Part shown: positions 1 through 13,350 of the stretch, piece by piece
How positions within the stretch are numbered: the stretch's first letter is position 1
Layout of the letters: every line of letters starts with the position of its first letter
Source: Octopus sinensis
Taxonomy: Eukaryota
Reading direction: 5' to 3'
DNA: 64,000 bases
NCBI RefSeq assembly: GCF_006345805.1
Contig: NC_043004.1
Coordinates: 14,074,001-14,138,000, forward strand
Translations under genes and position numbers: made by a program
Notes under the pieces: model-generated
What the model was told of the DNA's origin: nothing
Seen by the model: only the letters and a program-made list of their open reading frames with translations
Databases searched by the model: none

Positions 1-145
1 TTCCTGTAGTTAAACTAGTTACCATTATATTTTGTAATATTATGATAAAGAAAATTCTCACATCTTCTTCCGGCGATAGTTTTCAAAAATATAACAAACC
101 CTATTTGTGTATACCTAAATATCTCAACAACAAAGCAGCATATAT

Positions 146-188
146 GTCTATATATATATATATATCTGTCTGTCTGTCTGTCTATCTC

Positions 189-253
<65 letters not shown>

Positions 254-299
254 ATATCTATCTATCTATCTTCTATCTATCTATATATCTATCTAGCAA

Positions 300-331
<32 letters not shown>

Positions 332-345
332 TCTATCTGTCTATC

Positions 346-393
<48 letters not shown>

Positions 394-394
394 G

Positions 395-452
<58 letters not shown>
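146..452. repeat. Compound microsatellite (TA)n/(TCTG)n/(TCTA)n/(TC)n
   Basis: Direct reading; representative of dozens of similar tracts throughout the window. Confidence 0.95.
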
Positions 453-453
<1 letters not shown>

Positions 454-876
454 TTTTTATTCTTTTTTACTTGTTTTTAGTCATTTGACTGTGACCCTGC
501 TGGAGCACCGCCTTTAGCCGAGCAAATCGACCCCAGGACTTATTCTTTGTAAGCCTGGTACTTATTCTATCGGTCTCTTTTGCCGCTAAGTTACGGGGAC
601 GTAAGCACATCAGCATCGTTGTCAAGCAATGTTGGTGGGACAAACACAGACGCACAAACATATACGCACACACACACAAGCACACACATATATATGCATG
701 CATATATACGACGGGCTTCTTTCAGTTTCCGTCTACCAAATCCTCTCACAAGGATTTGGTCGGCCCGATGCTAAAGTAGAAGTAAAGTAGAAGACACTTG
801 CTCAAGATGCCACGCAATGGGACTGAACCCGGAACCATGTGGTTCGTAAGCAAGTTACTCACCACAGAGCCACTCA
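453..876 (-). mobile_element. tRNA-derived SINE family A (CORE-like domain, internal TA/TG microsatellite)
   Basis: Reverse complement of the recurring consensus GAGTGGCTGTGTGGTAAG...GGTTCAGTCCC...CCTTGGGCAAGTGTCTTCTAC...GACGGAAACTGAAAGAAGCCCGTCG-(TA/TG)n-...GGCGGTGCTCCAGCATGG...GAAACAAGTAAAAGA; about 18 copies in window. Confidence 0.85.
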
Positions 877-1653
877 TATATATACTTACATACACATATT
901 TATATATATATTTATATATATATATAAGTACACACACATATACACACAACACGCGCACACAGCTCATATATATATGTGCGTGTGTGTGTTTGTGTGTGTG
1001 ATATAAACACGTATTCGGTAGCAAACATACTTAAATATATTCACGCAAAAGTGCGTATCATATACATACCTAGGCGCTCACATCTATGTAAACACACAAG
1101 CATTACACTTGTATCGGAAATTTCCTCTGTAATTGAATGCCTTTCATTAGGCCCTCGTTAATTGCTGTATTATGAACCTTATTTCTGTCGGTCTTAATTA
1201 ATTTATATTTAATAATTGATGGGTTCTACACACTTTGTGAATCGAGGCATATAACGCAGCCTTAGAAACACATTTATATTGTATGTACTTACTCTGCATT
1301 GGTCCGTTTCGTGCATATCGCTTGAACGCGAATCCCTATAACGTATAGAGAGATGTGATAATTAAGTTTTGTAAACGCAAATATTTACGCTATCGTAAAT
1401 AATAATTCGTATATAACCATTCATGCAAACAGAAGTATACACGCACGCTCTCATACATAAAATCGTGCGCGGAGACACACATACACACACGCACACACAA
1501 ACATCAGAGTCACACACGCGCGTGCGCACAGGAACTCATACTGTGTGTCACTGCACAGGTTTCTTTGGCCTATGTGTCCACCTATCTCTCATGTATGCAT
1601 TTGTTTGTATAGATGTGCATGGATGCATATATATATATATGTATATATATGTA

Positions 1654-1718
<65 letters not shown>

Positions 1719-1850
1719 GTCTGTCTGTCTCTTTCTCTCTCTCTCTGTATATACATATCTATATATATATATATTCTATACGTTTATATATGCATCTATC
1801 TATCTATAAATATATAGATATACATGCATATATATTATATATATATATAT

Positions 1851-1906
<56 letters not shown>

Positions 1907-2057
1907 CATGCATATATATATATATAGATACATACATACATACACACACACAAACACACACACACGCACACACACATATATATAAATATTCCCCTATATA
2001 TATTTATATATGTATACATATATATCTATATCTATCTATCTATCTATCTATCTATCG

Positions 2058-2091
<34 letters not shown>

Positions 2092-2209
2092 ACAAAGTGA
2101 AGTTGTAAGGTACTGCAGGAGTGGAATTATATATGAAAGAAGGTTCTTTCATGTATATATATATTTATACATATATATATATATATATGCATATATATAT
2201 GTATATGTA

Positions 2210-2258
<49 letters not shown>

Positions 2259-2318
2259 GAGAGAGAGAGAGATAGATAGATACATATATATATATACATG
2301 CATATATATGTATATGTC

Positions 2319-2361
<43 letters not shown>

Positions 2362-2800
2362 GCATACACAAACACAAACACAAGCATACACACTGATTCA
2401 CGCAAACTTTTAAACACACATTAACGCAATCCCCGACAAGTATTCACAAGTCCCACACACGTACCTTATAATTATGAATCAGAGGAGGAAACCGTAATTA
2501 TCTAAATTGTGATGATGACAGCCGTAATATATTCGATCATTTGTGCAATTAAGCCATACTGAGACGGTTTCTTGGTTGCCTGCTGATTTGTTGACAAAGA
2601 AAGAGAATACTCATGCTCCTTTAATGTAGCGGGCATAAGACTGTAAATCAGCCTGTGACGATCGAACCATGCAACGGCTTGTGGCGTATCATCAATTAGC
2701 CCAACCGTATTGAAAGCTCTTTTTTAACGTAGCTTGCTGTAACCTTGTATTTTCTGGCTTCGAAATTCGCAGAACACATACACACATATACACACATAAG

Positions 2801-2896
<96 letters not shown>

Positions 2897-3065
2897 ATAT
2901 ATAATTAAAGTCAAAATGAGGGTGAAAATGTCGTTAAGCTTCAGATTAAGTAAAGTAATTTCAAAAGCAACGTTAATCCGTTCTATTAATGTAAATACAT
3001 TTCAGACAAATATATGTAAATATATTTCAGAGAATTATTTGTGTAAGAGAACATTTTGTAATTAT

Positions 3066-3449
3066 GGAAGCACTCCGTCGGTTACGACGATGAGGGTTCC
3101 GGTTGATCCGAATCAACGGAACAGCCTGCTCGTGAAATTAACGTGTAAGTGGCTAAGCACTCCACAGACACGTGCATCCTTAACGTAGTTCTCAGGGATA
3201 TCCAGCGTGACACAGTGACAAGGCCGGCCCCTTGAAATACAGGTATAACAGAAACAGGAAGTAAAAGTGGAGTGAGAGAAGTTGAGGCGAAAGAGTAGAA
3301 CAGGGGTCGCCACCACGCCCTGCCGGAGCCTCGTGGAGCTTTAGGTGTTTTCGCTCAATAAACACACACAACACCCGGTCTGGGAATCGAAACCACGATC
3401 CTCCGACCGCGAGTCCGCTGCCCTAACTACTGGGCCATTGCGCCTCCAC
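3066..3449 (-). mobile_element. tRNA-derived SINE family C head with tail type D, with TSD
   Basis: A/B boxes (TGGCCCAGTAGTTAGGG; GGTTTCGATTCCC) on the minus strand; 12-bp TSD TTTTGTAATTAT at 3054-3065 and 3450-3461. Confidence 0.85.
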
Positions 3450-3482
3450 TTTTGTAATTATACACAACCAAAGAAGACTATA

Positions 3483-3785
3483 GTGGAAGCACATGACCTA
3501 GTGTTTAGCGCAGCGGTCGAGTGATCTCGGGTTCGAATTTCAGTACCGGACGATATGTGTGTTTATGAGCGAAACACCTAAGCTCCACGCGGCTCCCGCA
3601 GAATGTAATGGCGAACTTCTGCTGACTCTTTGCCACAGCGTTCTCCCACTCTTTCCCCCTGCACCTAGCAACTCACCTGCGACGGACCGGCGTCCTGTTC
3701 ATGTGGTAAACCTATATGCCAATGAAAGAGGGAAACTAGCCGTATAAGCCAGGCGTGGTTCGAGAAGGCACAAACAACAAAGAAG
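3483..3785 (+). mobile_element. Diverged family C-like SINE with V-domain-like tail
   Basis: tRNA-like head GTGGAAGCACATGACCTAGTG...GGGTTCGAAT, body GAGCGAAACACCTAAGCTCCACG, then CCTGCGACGGACCGGCGTCCTG. Confidence 0.65.
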
Positions 3786-3903
3786 ACCATTATAAGTTTA
3801 TTACTTTTTAACTTGGAATGAATTTTGTCTCTGCCCATTATTGAATATATTTCTTCTGGCACACTTTACCAAAGTACTTTCGTTTTGATATCAATAAACA
3901 TAG

Positions 3904-4586
3904 TGGATCTTTAACTTTCGACCTACAGATTTAAAAAATAATTTTTGTAACTAAACACTTTCAACATTCGGACACTGGTAGAATGTACCAAAACATGTTT
4001 TACTCTTAGCATTTTTTAGAAAAACTTATATTTACGAAGTTATTTCACTTTAAAGTTCTCGTATTTAGGTAATTTCAACCAATCAATGACGTGTATTCAA
4101 CTGAATGAAGTTACTGCCGTTATTTGTCAACAACAACTATCGGCGGTGAATTTTTCGTTTGTCACTGTCATCTATGACATCGTTCGCGCGTTTGTACTGG
4201 TTTTAATGTTTTAGGGTTAGGGTTAGGATTTTAGGGTTGGGGTTTTAGGGTTAGGGTTTTAGAGTTAGGGCTAGGGTTTTAGAGTTAGGGTTTTAGGGTT
4301 AGGGTTGTCATATACAACAGTGACAAACGAAATATACACCACCGGAAGTTCTTGTTGACAAACAACGGGAGTCATTTTATTTAGTTGAATACATGTCATT
4401 GATTGGTTGAAATTACCGAAACACGAGAACTTTAACATGAAATAATTTCCTAAATAGAAGATTTTCTCAAAAATGCTAACAGTAAAAGATGTTTTATATG
4501 ACACATTCTACCAGTGTCCGAAGTTTGAAAGTGTTTAGTTACAAAAAATATTTTTTTATATCTGTAGATCAAAAGTTAAAGATCCA
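3904..4586. mobile_element. Foldback/MITE-like element with ~280-bp inverted arms and a central telomere-like tract
   Basis: 3904-4179 is an imperfect reverse complement of 4306-4586 (ends TGGATCTTTAACTTT / AAAGTTAAAGATCCA); 4209-4305 is degenerate TTAGGG/TTTTAGGG. Confidence 0.85.
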
Positions 4587-4872
4587 AAATATTTTTAGAA
4601 TTCGCAAAATATTCTGCCGATAATATATCGTTAACAACAACAAAATAAACGATAACACACGACAACGACCGGTTATCGCAGGTAATTGATGATTTAATGA
4701 ATCAAATATAGAGATCAATTCCAAACTTGTAAAACAAAACAAAACAAAAGAACATTTCTTATTATACAATGACAACTCGTACTACGTCTAAACGTAAAAC
4801 ACAATCATACACAGTTTTCTCTATTCAGTAGAGAGTATAATTAAAATACACTACTTTATGAGGCAAAAAATA

Positions 4873-5254
4873 CTATTTTGCTTGTTTCAGTCATTTGACT
4901 GGCCATGCTGGAGCACCGCCTTTAGTCGAGCAAATCGACACCAGGACTTATTCTTTGTAAGCCTAGTACTTATTCTATTGTGCCCTTTTGCCGAACCGCT
5001 AAATTACGGGGACGTAAACACACCAGCATCGATTGTCAAGCGTTGTCAGACACACAAACATATACACGCGCATACATATATACATGTACACGATGGGCTT
5101 CTTTCAGTTTCCGTCTACCAAATCTAATCACAAGGCTTTGGTCGGCCCAAGGCTATAGTAGAAGACACTTGCCCAAGGTGCCACGTAGTGGGACTCAACC
5201 CGGAACAATGTGATTTGTAAGCAAGCTACATACCACACAGCCACTCCTACGCCT
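4873..5254 (-). mobile_element. SINE family A
   Basis: Near full-length match to the family A consensus. Confidence 0.85.
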
Positions 5255-6259
5255 ATTTAGCATGTATATATTAATTTTATGGTATCACAGTGTTCGTCGT
5301 TGTTTAAAATTATATGATATGTATCCCACTGAAGTCTTGAATATCAATTTAAAAATGGGGCTTTATATAAAATTTCATGACGTTAAGCGGATGTGAAATA
5401 ATTTCCATGGCCTTTGTTGTCTCTGTTGTTTATACGTGTTTGTTTGTAAGTATTTGTGTATGTAATCTGGTAGACGAAGCTTTCGTTGTATAGGTACAGA
5501 CAGAAAGACGCAGAGCTAGAACAAGAGATAGAGAGAGAGAGAGTGTGTGTAAGTGTTAAAAATATTCCCTAGAACGTTCACAATGTCATGACCTGCAGAT
5601 TTCAATGCAACACCTATTGCGATAAGTAGAATGGCGTGCATGTCTGCATAGAACAAAATGCATAAATAGCATTGTTAACCGTTGCAGCAGCAATCACAAC
5701 AGGCAAACTCTACGGGTTTTCAATTATAACTACAATAGCGTACCAAAGTAAAACAAAATATAAAATAAAGAAAAACAGATCTGCGGCAAAAGCAATTATA
5801 CTTACGCCAGGTGTTGCTTTAACCATTTCTGATACTGCAAGTTCAAGTGTAGTTGTAACGAAGCACTTTATACAATGGCAGTACAAAAATAGCAACGATA
5901 CAGGTCCATTGAAAACATGACTTGCACATGTCTATCCAAGTGGCTCTCGGGAGTATTTTTTTGCTTATTCATACACCTTTTTTTCTGATTCTATAAAAAT
6001 TCATCCGCAACACATTATCACGCGTATAATGAGCGACATGGCTGTAACATATTTCGTATTTTGAATATTCATGCCCGTATATTTGAAATTTTAGTAACAA
6101 ATTTCCGTAATGCAAAGATGCTGAATATATGTACATGGTATTTATGTATATGCGTATATATGTATAACCATCCCCATGTATATATGAATGTATGTATGTA
6201 TATATACATACATACATATATATATACATACATACATATATATACATTTATATATAGAA

Positions 6260-6306
<47 letters not shown>

Positions 6307-6422
6307 CATATTAGTAATTAGTGAAGAATTACTCCACACGTTTAGTTATTTATTGCTAATGCTACATCGTAATAATCCTTATTATTACTATTATTATATT
6401 ATTATTATTATTATTATTATTA

Positions 6423-6456
<34 letters not shown>

Positions 6457-6501
6457 TTATTGTATGTATGTATGTATGTATGTATATATATATATATACA
6501 T

Positions 6502-6543
<42 letters not shown>

Positions 6544-6704
6544 ACACATATATATACATATATATATATATATAAAATATAAATTAGAGAAGACAACCAC
6601 TATCGTGAAATTCAAATTCTCTAATTTATATTGTATATATTTTATTGTGAAATTTGATTTAATACTAAATTGAATTTTCCCTGTAAGCTTGGTCTTATAC
6701 TCCC

Positions 6705-6749
<45 letters not shown>

Positions 6750-7539
6750 TATTATTATTATTATATATGTATATTGTTGTGCCTGGGGTCAGTCATTCTG
6801 TTGTTATTTAACACACTCACCGTTAAAGTTTCCACTCGTTTACTTATTTATAAAATTTTCGTTGCGTCTTGCAAACTTTTCAAGAGTCGTTGCCTCTGTC
6901 CGTTATCCAAGCTGCGTTATTTTGTTTTCGTTTGTGCGCATGTGTGTGGATCAGTGTGTGTGCGCATACACACGTATGTATGTATGTATATATGTAAGTA
7001 TGTATCTATGTATGTATGCACGTATGTATGTATGAATGTATGTGTGTATGTGTGTGTGTGTGCGCATGCATATATTTATGTATGCGTGTACGTTTGTATG
7101 TATGTATTCTGGATATTCATTTGTTTGTTTTTGTTAGTGTTCATGTTTATGTGTTTGCTTGTGTGTGGGTGTGTACCTCAGTCTCCTTGTGTGTGCATGT
7201 CTGTGTATGTGTGTGTATGGGATTTTGTGACAATATACTGTATCTTTATGTATGGATGCGCATCTCCATATGTGTGGACGTGTGTCTCGATAAGTGTCCT
7301 TGTATGAAGTAAAGTGTGTGTGTGTATGGTCATGTGTTTCAGTCTCCATTTGCGTATTCATATTACCTATTCACCTATCCGTCTGTATGTCTATCTTTTT
7401 ATATTCATATCCATTTGCCTACATATATATGCATAAACATACGCGTACACACACACACATATACACATACATCTTCATAACAGCCCACTAACTATTCTAC
7501 CTGTATATAAATATAAATTGTGTGTATAGGGGTACGATT

Positions 7540-8774
7540 ACCTACTACGCATATTTCATATTTTGTACCGGGGATGTTTCATTTATGATGATGTACTGCT
7601 ATATTTGTCTGAGGGTTGGGTCTTTTCGGAGCTTGGATAAAATGTGGAAGTGAAGTTGACCCAGGTTGCCTCCATGTTGGTCCTTGGCATGTTGGTAGAG
7701 TATGGAAGACTGCTTTGTTGTCGTCATATTGTCTCAAATGTTCTTATAATATTTCCGCAATGCTCCTAGACGTCTCCCCCCCACTTGTATGTCATGTTCA
7801 TGTCTTTACAAATACTTTCTATGCATCTTATGCTGCAGACTACAATTCTAGCTCTACAGTTAATGCCAGGGTTAATCCTACATGTCATACAGTTATCATT
7901 GGTGCATATGGTATTCTCAAACGTGTACGTCAGCAATCTTAACGTTGAGTTTGGTCTCCTTCAGAGTTTTCCTAAATCTACGGGCTAGTTCTCCATGGGC
8001 TGTGAACTCTACAAACATCACACCTTGATATTTGTCGGTTTTATACCACATGTTCACCCTGTTAGCTTTGTAATAACTTCTTTGTATTCTATTCCAGTCT
8101 TTGCTTCTAGGGCAGGTACCATTGGTTTCATTACATATAATGTTATCTAACTTCTTTCTAGCAACCCTGTATAATCGAACCCTATCTTTCTGACCATATC
8201 CAGAGAATTGCATGCGGTGCATGAATTTTTATACATGTTTCTTCGTTCCATAAGGTTTTGTATAGTGAGGACACGTTGTTCATTATCGTAACTAATTTTT
8301 GTGTTCCGTGTTAAAGCTGAGTTCTTGTGAATAATATATTTGGAAGCTATGGGTTTCGTGTAATAGGAGCGGAAGAGCTGCACTTTGTTGTTCACAGTCT
8401 TTAACCAAATTTCAGTATCAAGAATGGGGTGTCTATTGTTGGGGTGCCTAGTGGGGTAATCTATTATTACTTTGATACTTTGGTGGATGGAGTTAGCTAC
8501 TTGCTGAATGCTCTCTATTATGTTCCTCTCAGTTTCTACATTACCGTTACTAGAGATGGTCATAACTAGTATAACGGTGGGATTGTTATAACGGCTGATT
8601 GGGTACCACTTTTATAATGTGGTGTGTTATCTTATTTATATGGTTTCTACGGGGATAGATAAATCTGTTTTATTCCTTGAATAAAAAGCTACAATGATAA
8701 ACCCGTCACTTATAACTTAATTATACATCTTATCACTATACATAAATCTCCACTCAAGCTACATAAACACCCTA

Positions 8775-8818
<44 letters not shown>

Positions 8819-8976
8819 TAAATGAAAGAATGGAGTCGAACGAACACAAATTTCCACACGAAAACACGGGATTTGTGCCCTTGGCATGTAGCTTCAACCG
8901 TGTTCTCTGACGTGAATTTGCTACCCGGGTATCGGTTAACCGAATTATCCATACTAGGATAATTCATTCACCTACT

Positions 8977-9012
<36 letters not shown>

Positions 9013-12000
9013 GACACTTAATGTCATGTTGAATGTGCATGTATGTTGAAGATATGTTCGTGTTCTTTTCCACCGCTATAAAAACTGTTTCATAAATGCA
9101 GAAGTAAATTTCATTAACAGGTCGGAAAGAAGTAAAGAAAAAGAAAATATTTATTACATTAGTTTATTTGTGTACATTTAATATTTACTGTACATTTGGA
9201 AGTAAGGCAATTTGTCGTAGAGTTACGACATAAATTTATTACTGCCTAATTCCTTCATACTACCTATCAGAGTTTACACAAGAATTCAAATAAGTCTTGT
9301 TGGATTTAAATAATAGACATGGCATGAAAATAGCCAAAACCTCAAAGGGGTGAGTACCGTGGAGTCAATTTACAACTAACGATCACTGATTAATTTCCCC
9401 CAAATCAGGGGTTTTATAACTGCTCATACCTGAATTCTAAGAACCGGATTTCGTGAAAGAATTCTCTTTGACGAAAGTTTAGAATTCAAATATGGGTAGT
9501 AATTTAAACCAATTATTTTAACAATAATACTCGTTCGGTCAACATGACCATTACGTCACATTACCGACTTTTCAGACTTGCTTGCTGCTCGCTAAACTAG
9601 GATATTAATGTCGTCTACATATCTGCTGTAAAGTTAAAGAGTTGTGGACTGTTCTGCTAAGAATTGCCTAAGTTTTCTGTCCCACAAGATCATGAGGGTG
9701 CCGGCCACAACTCCAACTATACAGACACAAACGGCTGTACCTTGAATCTGCATGTATAGCTTCTTGTTAAACTTTACTATGTGGTTCTTCAAGGTGGTTC
9801 TTACGCTACCCCTATTGCATGTTCAATCATTCCTTTCACCTGATTGTTGTTCTCAAGGTCTTGGATGTGTACGGTCCAGCCAATCCAGCGCTCTGTGGTG
9901 TTTTTCTTTCCTGCCGAGGTGATGGTGCGGGGTCTTCCCCTCTGTGACCTGGTGGGGCAGAATCTACTGAGGTCATGGTCGTCTAAATAGTCACTGTTGT
10001 AACTTAGTCTAAGGAGGAAGTCCAGTTCCCTAGTGTAGACTTCACGGATCTCTACTTCACTCTAACAGATTATCTCAATGCATTTCTCCACAGCAAAATC
10101 CATGTCTATAGATAAGTAGGGTGAAATCACATCCATACTACTCACTACACAACCTGTGAGGTCGTTGGAGTGGTTGCAAGTACTGAATTTACTGAGGATA
10201 TCTTCCATGCTCACAAAGACATCTGGGAACATTTCAATGAGTGATCGTAATACCTGTGAGAGGAAGCAAGACAGTCAATAATTGCTGGAGATATTCGCTC
10301 AGCAAGCTGGTCGGGTTGGGTGCCCCGTAACATGGTTTACGTAGGGCTTTTGGTCTTTACGTAACCCTTATAGTGTAGGAACATCATTGTTGAATGCTTG
10401 GAAATTGTGTGCAGTCCGTTTCTTTGGTTGGTGTATGTTTCACCACATTCCCGTGTGTGCCTTGAGGGTTTTTTTCTAGTCTTTCATGTTCCTGTGGTGC
10501 AACTTCCCTCATACTATTGATATGTTGTTACATGGTCTGGACATATTTCCGTGGGTTGTCTAATGACAGTCTGCCAGACTTGTCCGTAGGGAGGAACACT
10601 AATTCTTTTTCCTAATTCGCTGTTTCAGATTTTATGGGCCTTTGGCAACAGATGAACTGAGTTGGTGGGTACCACACTCATTATGCTTTTTAGTGATTTC
10701 GTTGTACCGGTCTAAGATGTGTCGGAGTCTATTTCTAGCTAAAGAGATCTTTACTACTGTTTCACTGTCAATTTGCGGGTGGGATACATAAATTTTGGTG
10801 AAGGGTAAGTCTGTGGAGTAGATCCTCGTCATGTCATAAGATTTGTTGATAGTGTCATAGAAGAGAGTGTAGGGTGTTATTATCGTTGTGGTTGTTATAG
10901 TTGCTTGCATTGCTGTTGCTAGTGGTAGAGCTTGTCTTGTGCCCATTGTTGTTGTTACTGTTGTAGGAAATGTTGGTGTTGGTGCTGATGTTGGTAGTGT
11001 TGTCGGTAGTGATATGAAGGATGTGGTTGGTATTGTTGTCTGCGTGGGGGATGTTGTTGTCATTGTTTCTGTTGCTATTACCATTATTATTATTGTTATT
11101 ATAATAATTGTTTCGGTTTCGTAGTCTTGTGCTGTTGTCTTCTTCTTCTTCTTCTTCTTCGAAGGACTCACGCCATTAGCCACAAAGAATAATCTCTAAT
11201 TCGAGCCTACTCTAAGCCACAAAGAATGCGTGTGGCAACTTGAAGATCCACCCACCACACGCGATAGACCGGTGATTGCATGGGCGCGAAAGCTACGTTG
11301 TTATCATTATTCTGTAAATGGTGTCTTTTAAAGGGCGGAGAGCTGAACCGTCCTGGGGTACAGAGTATTCACAATCTAGACTAGGGTCTAAAAGTTTACC
11401 ACACCATAGTGGGTTTCACCATGGTTCGTCTGCTTTGTGGCAGAAGTAGGAAGAAACAGTGAGAGAAAGTTGTGGTGAAAGAGTACAGCGGGGTTCACCA
11501 CCCCCGCCGGAGCCTCGTAGAGCTTAGGTGCTTTTGCTCAATAAACACTAACAATGCCCGGTTTGGGAATCGAAACCGCGTTCTTACGATCACGAGTCCG
11601 CTGCCCTAACCACTGGGCGATTGCGCCTCCACCCATGCTGTTGTTGTTATAGTTGTTTGAGTGGGGAATATTGTGATTATCATTGTTGGTATTGTTATTG
11701 TCATCAACATCGCTATTGTTATTGCTGTTGTTTTGGTTTCTTATGTTTGTATTGTATTGTCTTAACCTCCATCTTAATTTTAAGAACATTTCTTTCAATC
11801 TCAATCTCAGATAGACAATCAATATTTCTGACCTTCCGAAATGTAGTGAATGTTCTAAAGCATGCAATTCATCTGTATCCAGCTGTACTGCACCGTATAT
11901 TCCAGAAGTGTAATTGTTGTTTTTGGCGATGGAGGTATTGTTTTTCGGTGTTCTGGTAGTTTACATTCCGACATGACAATTCCGTCGATATTGTTTGGGT

Positions 12001-12300
12001 ATTTCTATTGATTCTTACCATGCCGAAATCATTGTTGTTGCTGTTTCATCCACTTGAATTTATTGTTGAAGTGTTTGTTACATGCATGGTTAACTCGGCG
12101 GTATTCTTGTTGAATATTTGTCATGAATCTGTCTCTTTAGTGAAGTGTAGTGATGTTTTTTTAGTTCATGCAGCAGGACCTTCTTCCTTTTCTGTTACTG
12201 TTTGATTTCTGTGTATATTTTCTTTATACACATGTTTTGTAACATCGTGTGTTTTAGTTTTCTTACTTTATGTTCTCTGAGTCTTAGCCGCTTAACAGCA
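7540..12300 (-). pseudogene. Decayed near-full-length Penelope-like retroelement (RT + C-terminal GIY-YIG), interrupted by later insertions
   Basis: Manual minus-strand translation gives VFLPTDKSGRL (~10590), VPTL*GLRKDQK...PTRPAC (~10350), SSMDVISPYLSID (~10130), NHIVKFNKKLYMQIQG (~9770), LYSRYVDDINIL (~9615), ANSIHQSIKVIIDYP...PILDTEIW (ORF 8147-8563), CTNDNCMTC...GETSRS...EH...KDPTLRQ (7600-7905); many stops and frameshifts; 5' limit approximate. Confidence 0.8.
11139..11635 (-). mobile_element. SINE family C head with a third tail type ending in (GAA)n, inserted in the PLE
   Basis: tRNA head at ~11560-11632 (minus), (TTC)n at 11139-11160, TSD TGCTGTTGT at 11130-11138 and 11636-11644. Confidence 0.75.
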
Positions 12301-12327
12301 GAATTATTTGTGATGCCTGGCATGTAT

Positions 12328-13040
12328 CTTTGTAAGCCTGGTATTTATTCTAACGGTGTCTTTTAATGAACCGCCAAGTTACGGGGACGTAAGCAACCAA
12401 ATATGGTCGTGGAGACACAAACACACACTCACACAAACACACACACACACACACACACCACAACACACACACATATATATATATATATTATCATATATAT
12501 ATATATATATATATAATATATATATATATATATAATCATTACAGATATAGGGTAAAGAATTATTAAAATAATACATTAATAAATTTTACCAAGTAGTCTC
12601 GGTATGGAAAAGAACCATATTCGGTAAAAACTTATACGAAAATTTTTTTTTTATATATAATTATAACAATGATTAAGAGTTTAGCAACAAGTTGCTTCAC
12701 CACATACCGAAAATTTAGAAATAGCAGCCAAACGACCGCTATTTCTTTTTCCTACAAAATATGTCTCCACAGATAACAATATTTTTTCAAATATATTATT
12801 CTCGAACTATTATGGTGACAAAGGAAATTAATTTTTATAATTCTAATCCAGAAACGTGTCCATAATTAATTGAAGACTGTTTGATTTCATTATTTTTCTT
12901 CTTTTTACCTATGTGAGTTACAAATATTGTTATCTGTAGAGGCATATTTTGTAGGAAAAAGAAACAGCAGTCGTTTGGCTGGTATTTCAAAATTTTCGTT
13001 GTCGTGTAGTAACTTGTTGCTTAACCCTTAATTATTGTTA

Positions 13041-13079
<39 letters not shown>

Positions 13080-13130
13080 TGCACGACGGGCTTCTCTCAG
13101 TTTCCATCCACCAAATCCATTCACAAAGCT
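12328..13130 (-). mobile_element. SINE family A fragment split by a foldback insertion in its internal (TA)n
   Basis: 3' half at 12328-12430 and 5'-side segment GACGGGCTTCTCTCAGTTTCC...CACAAAGCT at 13084-13130. Confidence 0.65.
12531..13050 (-). mobile_element. Foldback element in (TA)n, probable PLE pseudo-LTR
   Basis: Arms 12652-12785 / 12922-13050 are inverted; one-sided extension 12531-12651; flanked by (TA)n. Confidence 0.65.
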
Positions 13131-13149
13131 CACATTTGTATAACAATTT

Positions 13150-13350
13150 GCAGAAAATAGAAAGTAAGACTCGGAATTCTGATGCAAGCCCTTTTCTTGG
13201 CACTATCAGCGGATATGAACTATTAAAATGGTATCTAAGTTTCCAGAGAATCAAAATGATTGATGAGATTTCCAGTGTTGACAGGGAGGCGGTAACTAAT
13301 TAAATTTTCCGGGGGGGGGGGGTTATACACCAGAATCAATGTACAATGCT
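13150..13350 (+). pseudogene. pogo/Tigger-like transposase remnant
   Basis: PFLGTISGYELLKWYLSFQRIKMIDEISSVDREAV then GYTPESMYNA resembles the Tigger/pogo F.AS.GW..FK.R...GE.ASAD.EAA...GY.PEQI.NADE segment. Confidence 0.55.

Noticed and set aside
3380-3449. tRNA-like sequences with A/B boxes
   Set aside because: They are heads of multi-copy SINEs with bodies, tails and TSDs; no complete cloverleaf was supported
4209-4305. True chromosome end
   Set aside because: Short, degenerate and embedded within an inverted-repeat element
5798-5840. Possible minus-strand micro-exon (TTGCAG...CCTGGC|GTAAGT)
   Set aside because: Splice-like signals alone, with no recognisable peptide or partner exons
7860-7910. 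Selenocysteine (UGA) codons in the PLE Zn-finger, as in Naiad elements
   Set aside because: The cysteine codons read here are TGC/TGT; other stops are explained by decay
10632-11183. 183-aa Thr/Pro-rich mucin-like ORF
   Set aside because: Starts within a SINE (GAA)n tail and is collinear with the decayed PLE ORF; not a host gene
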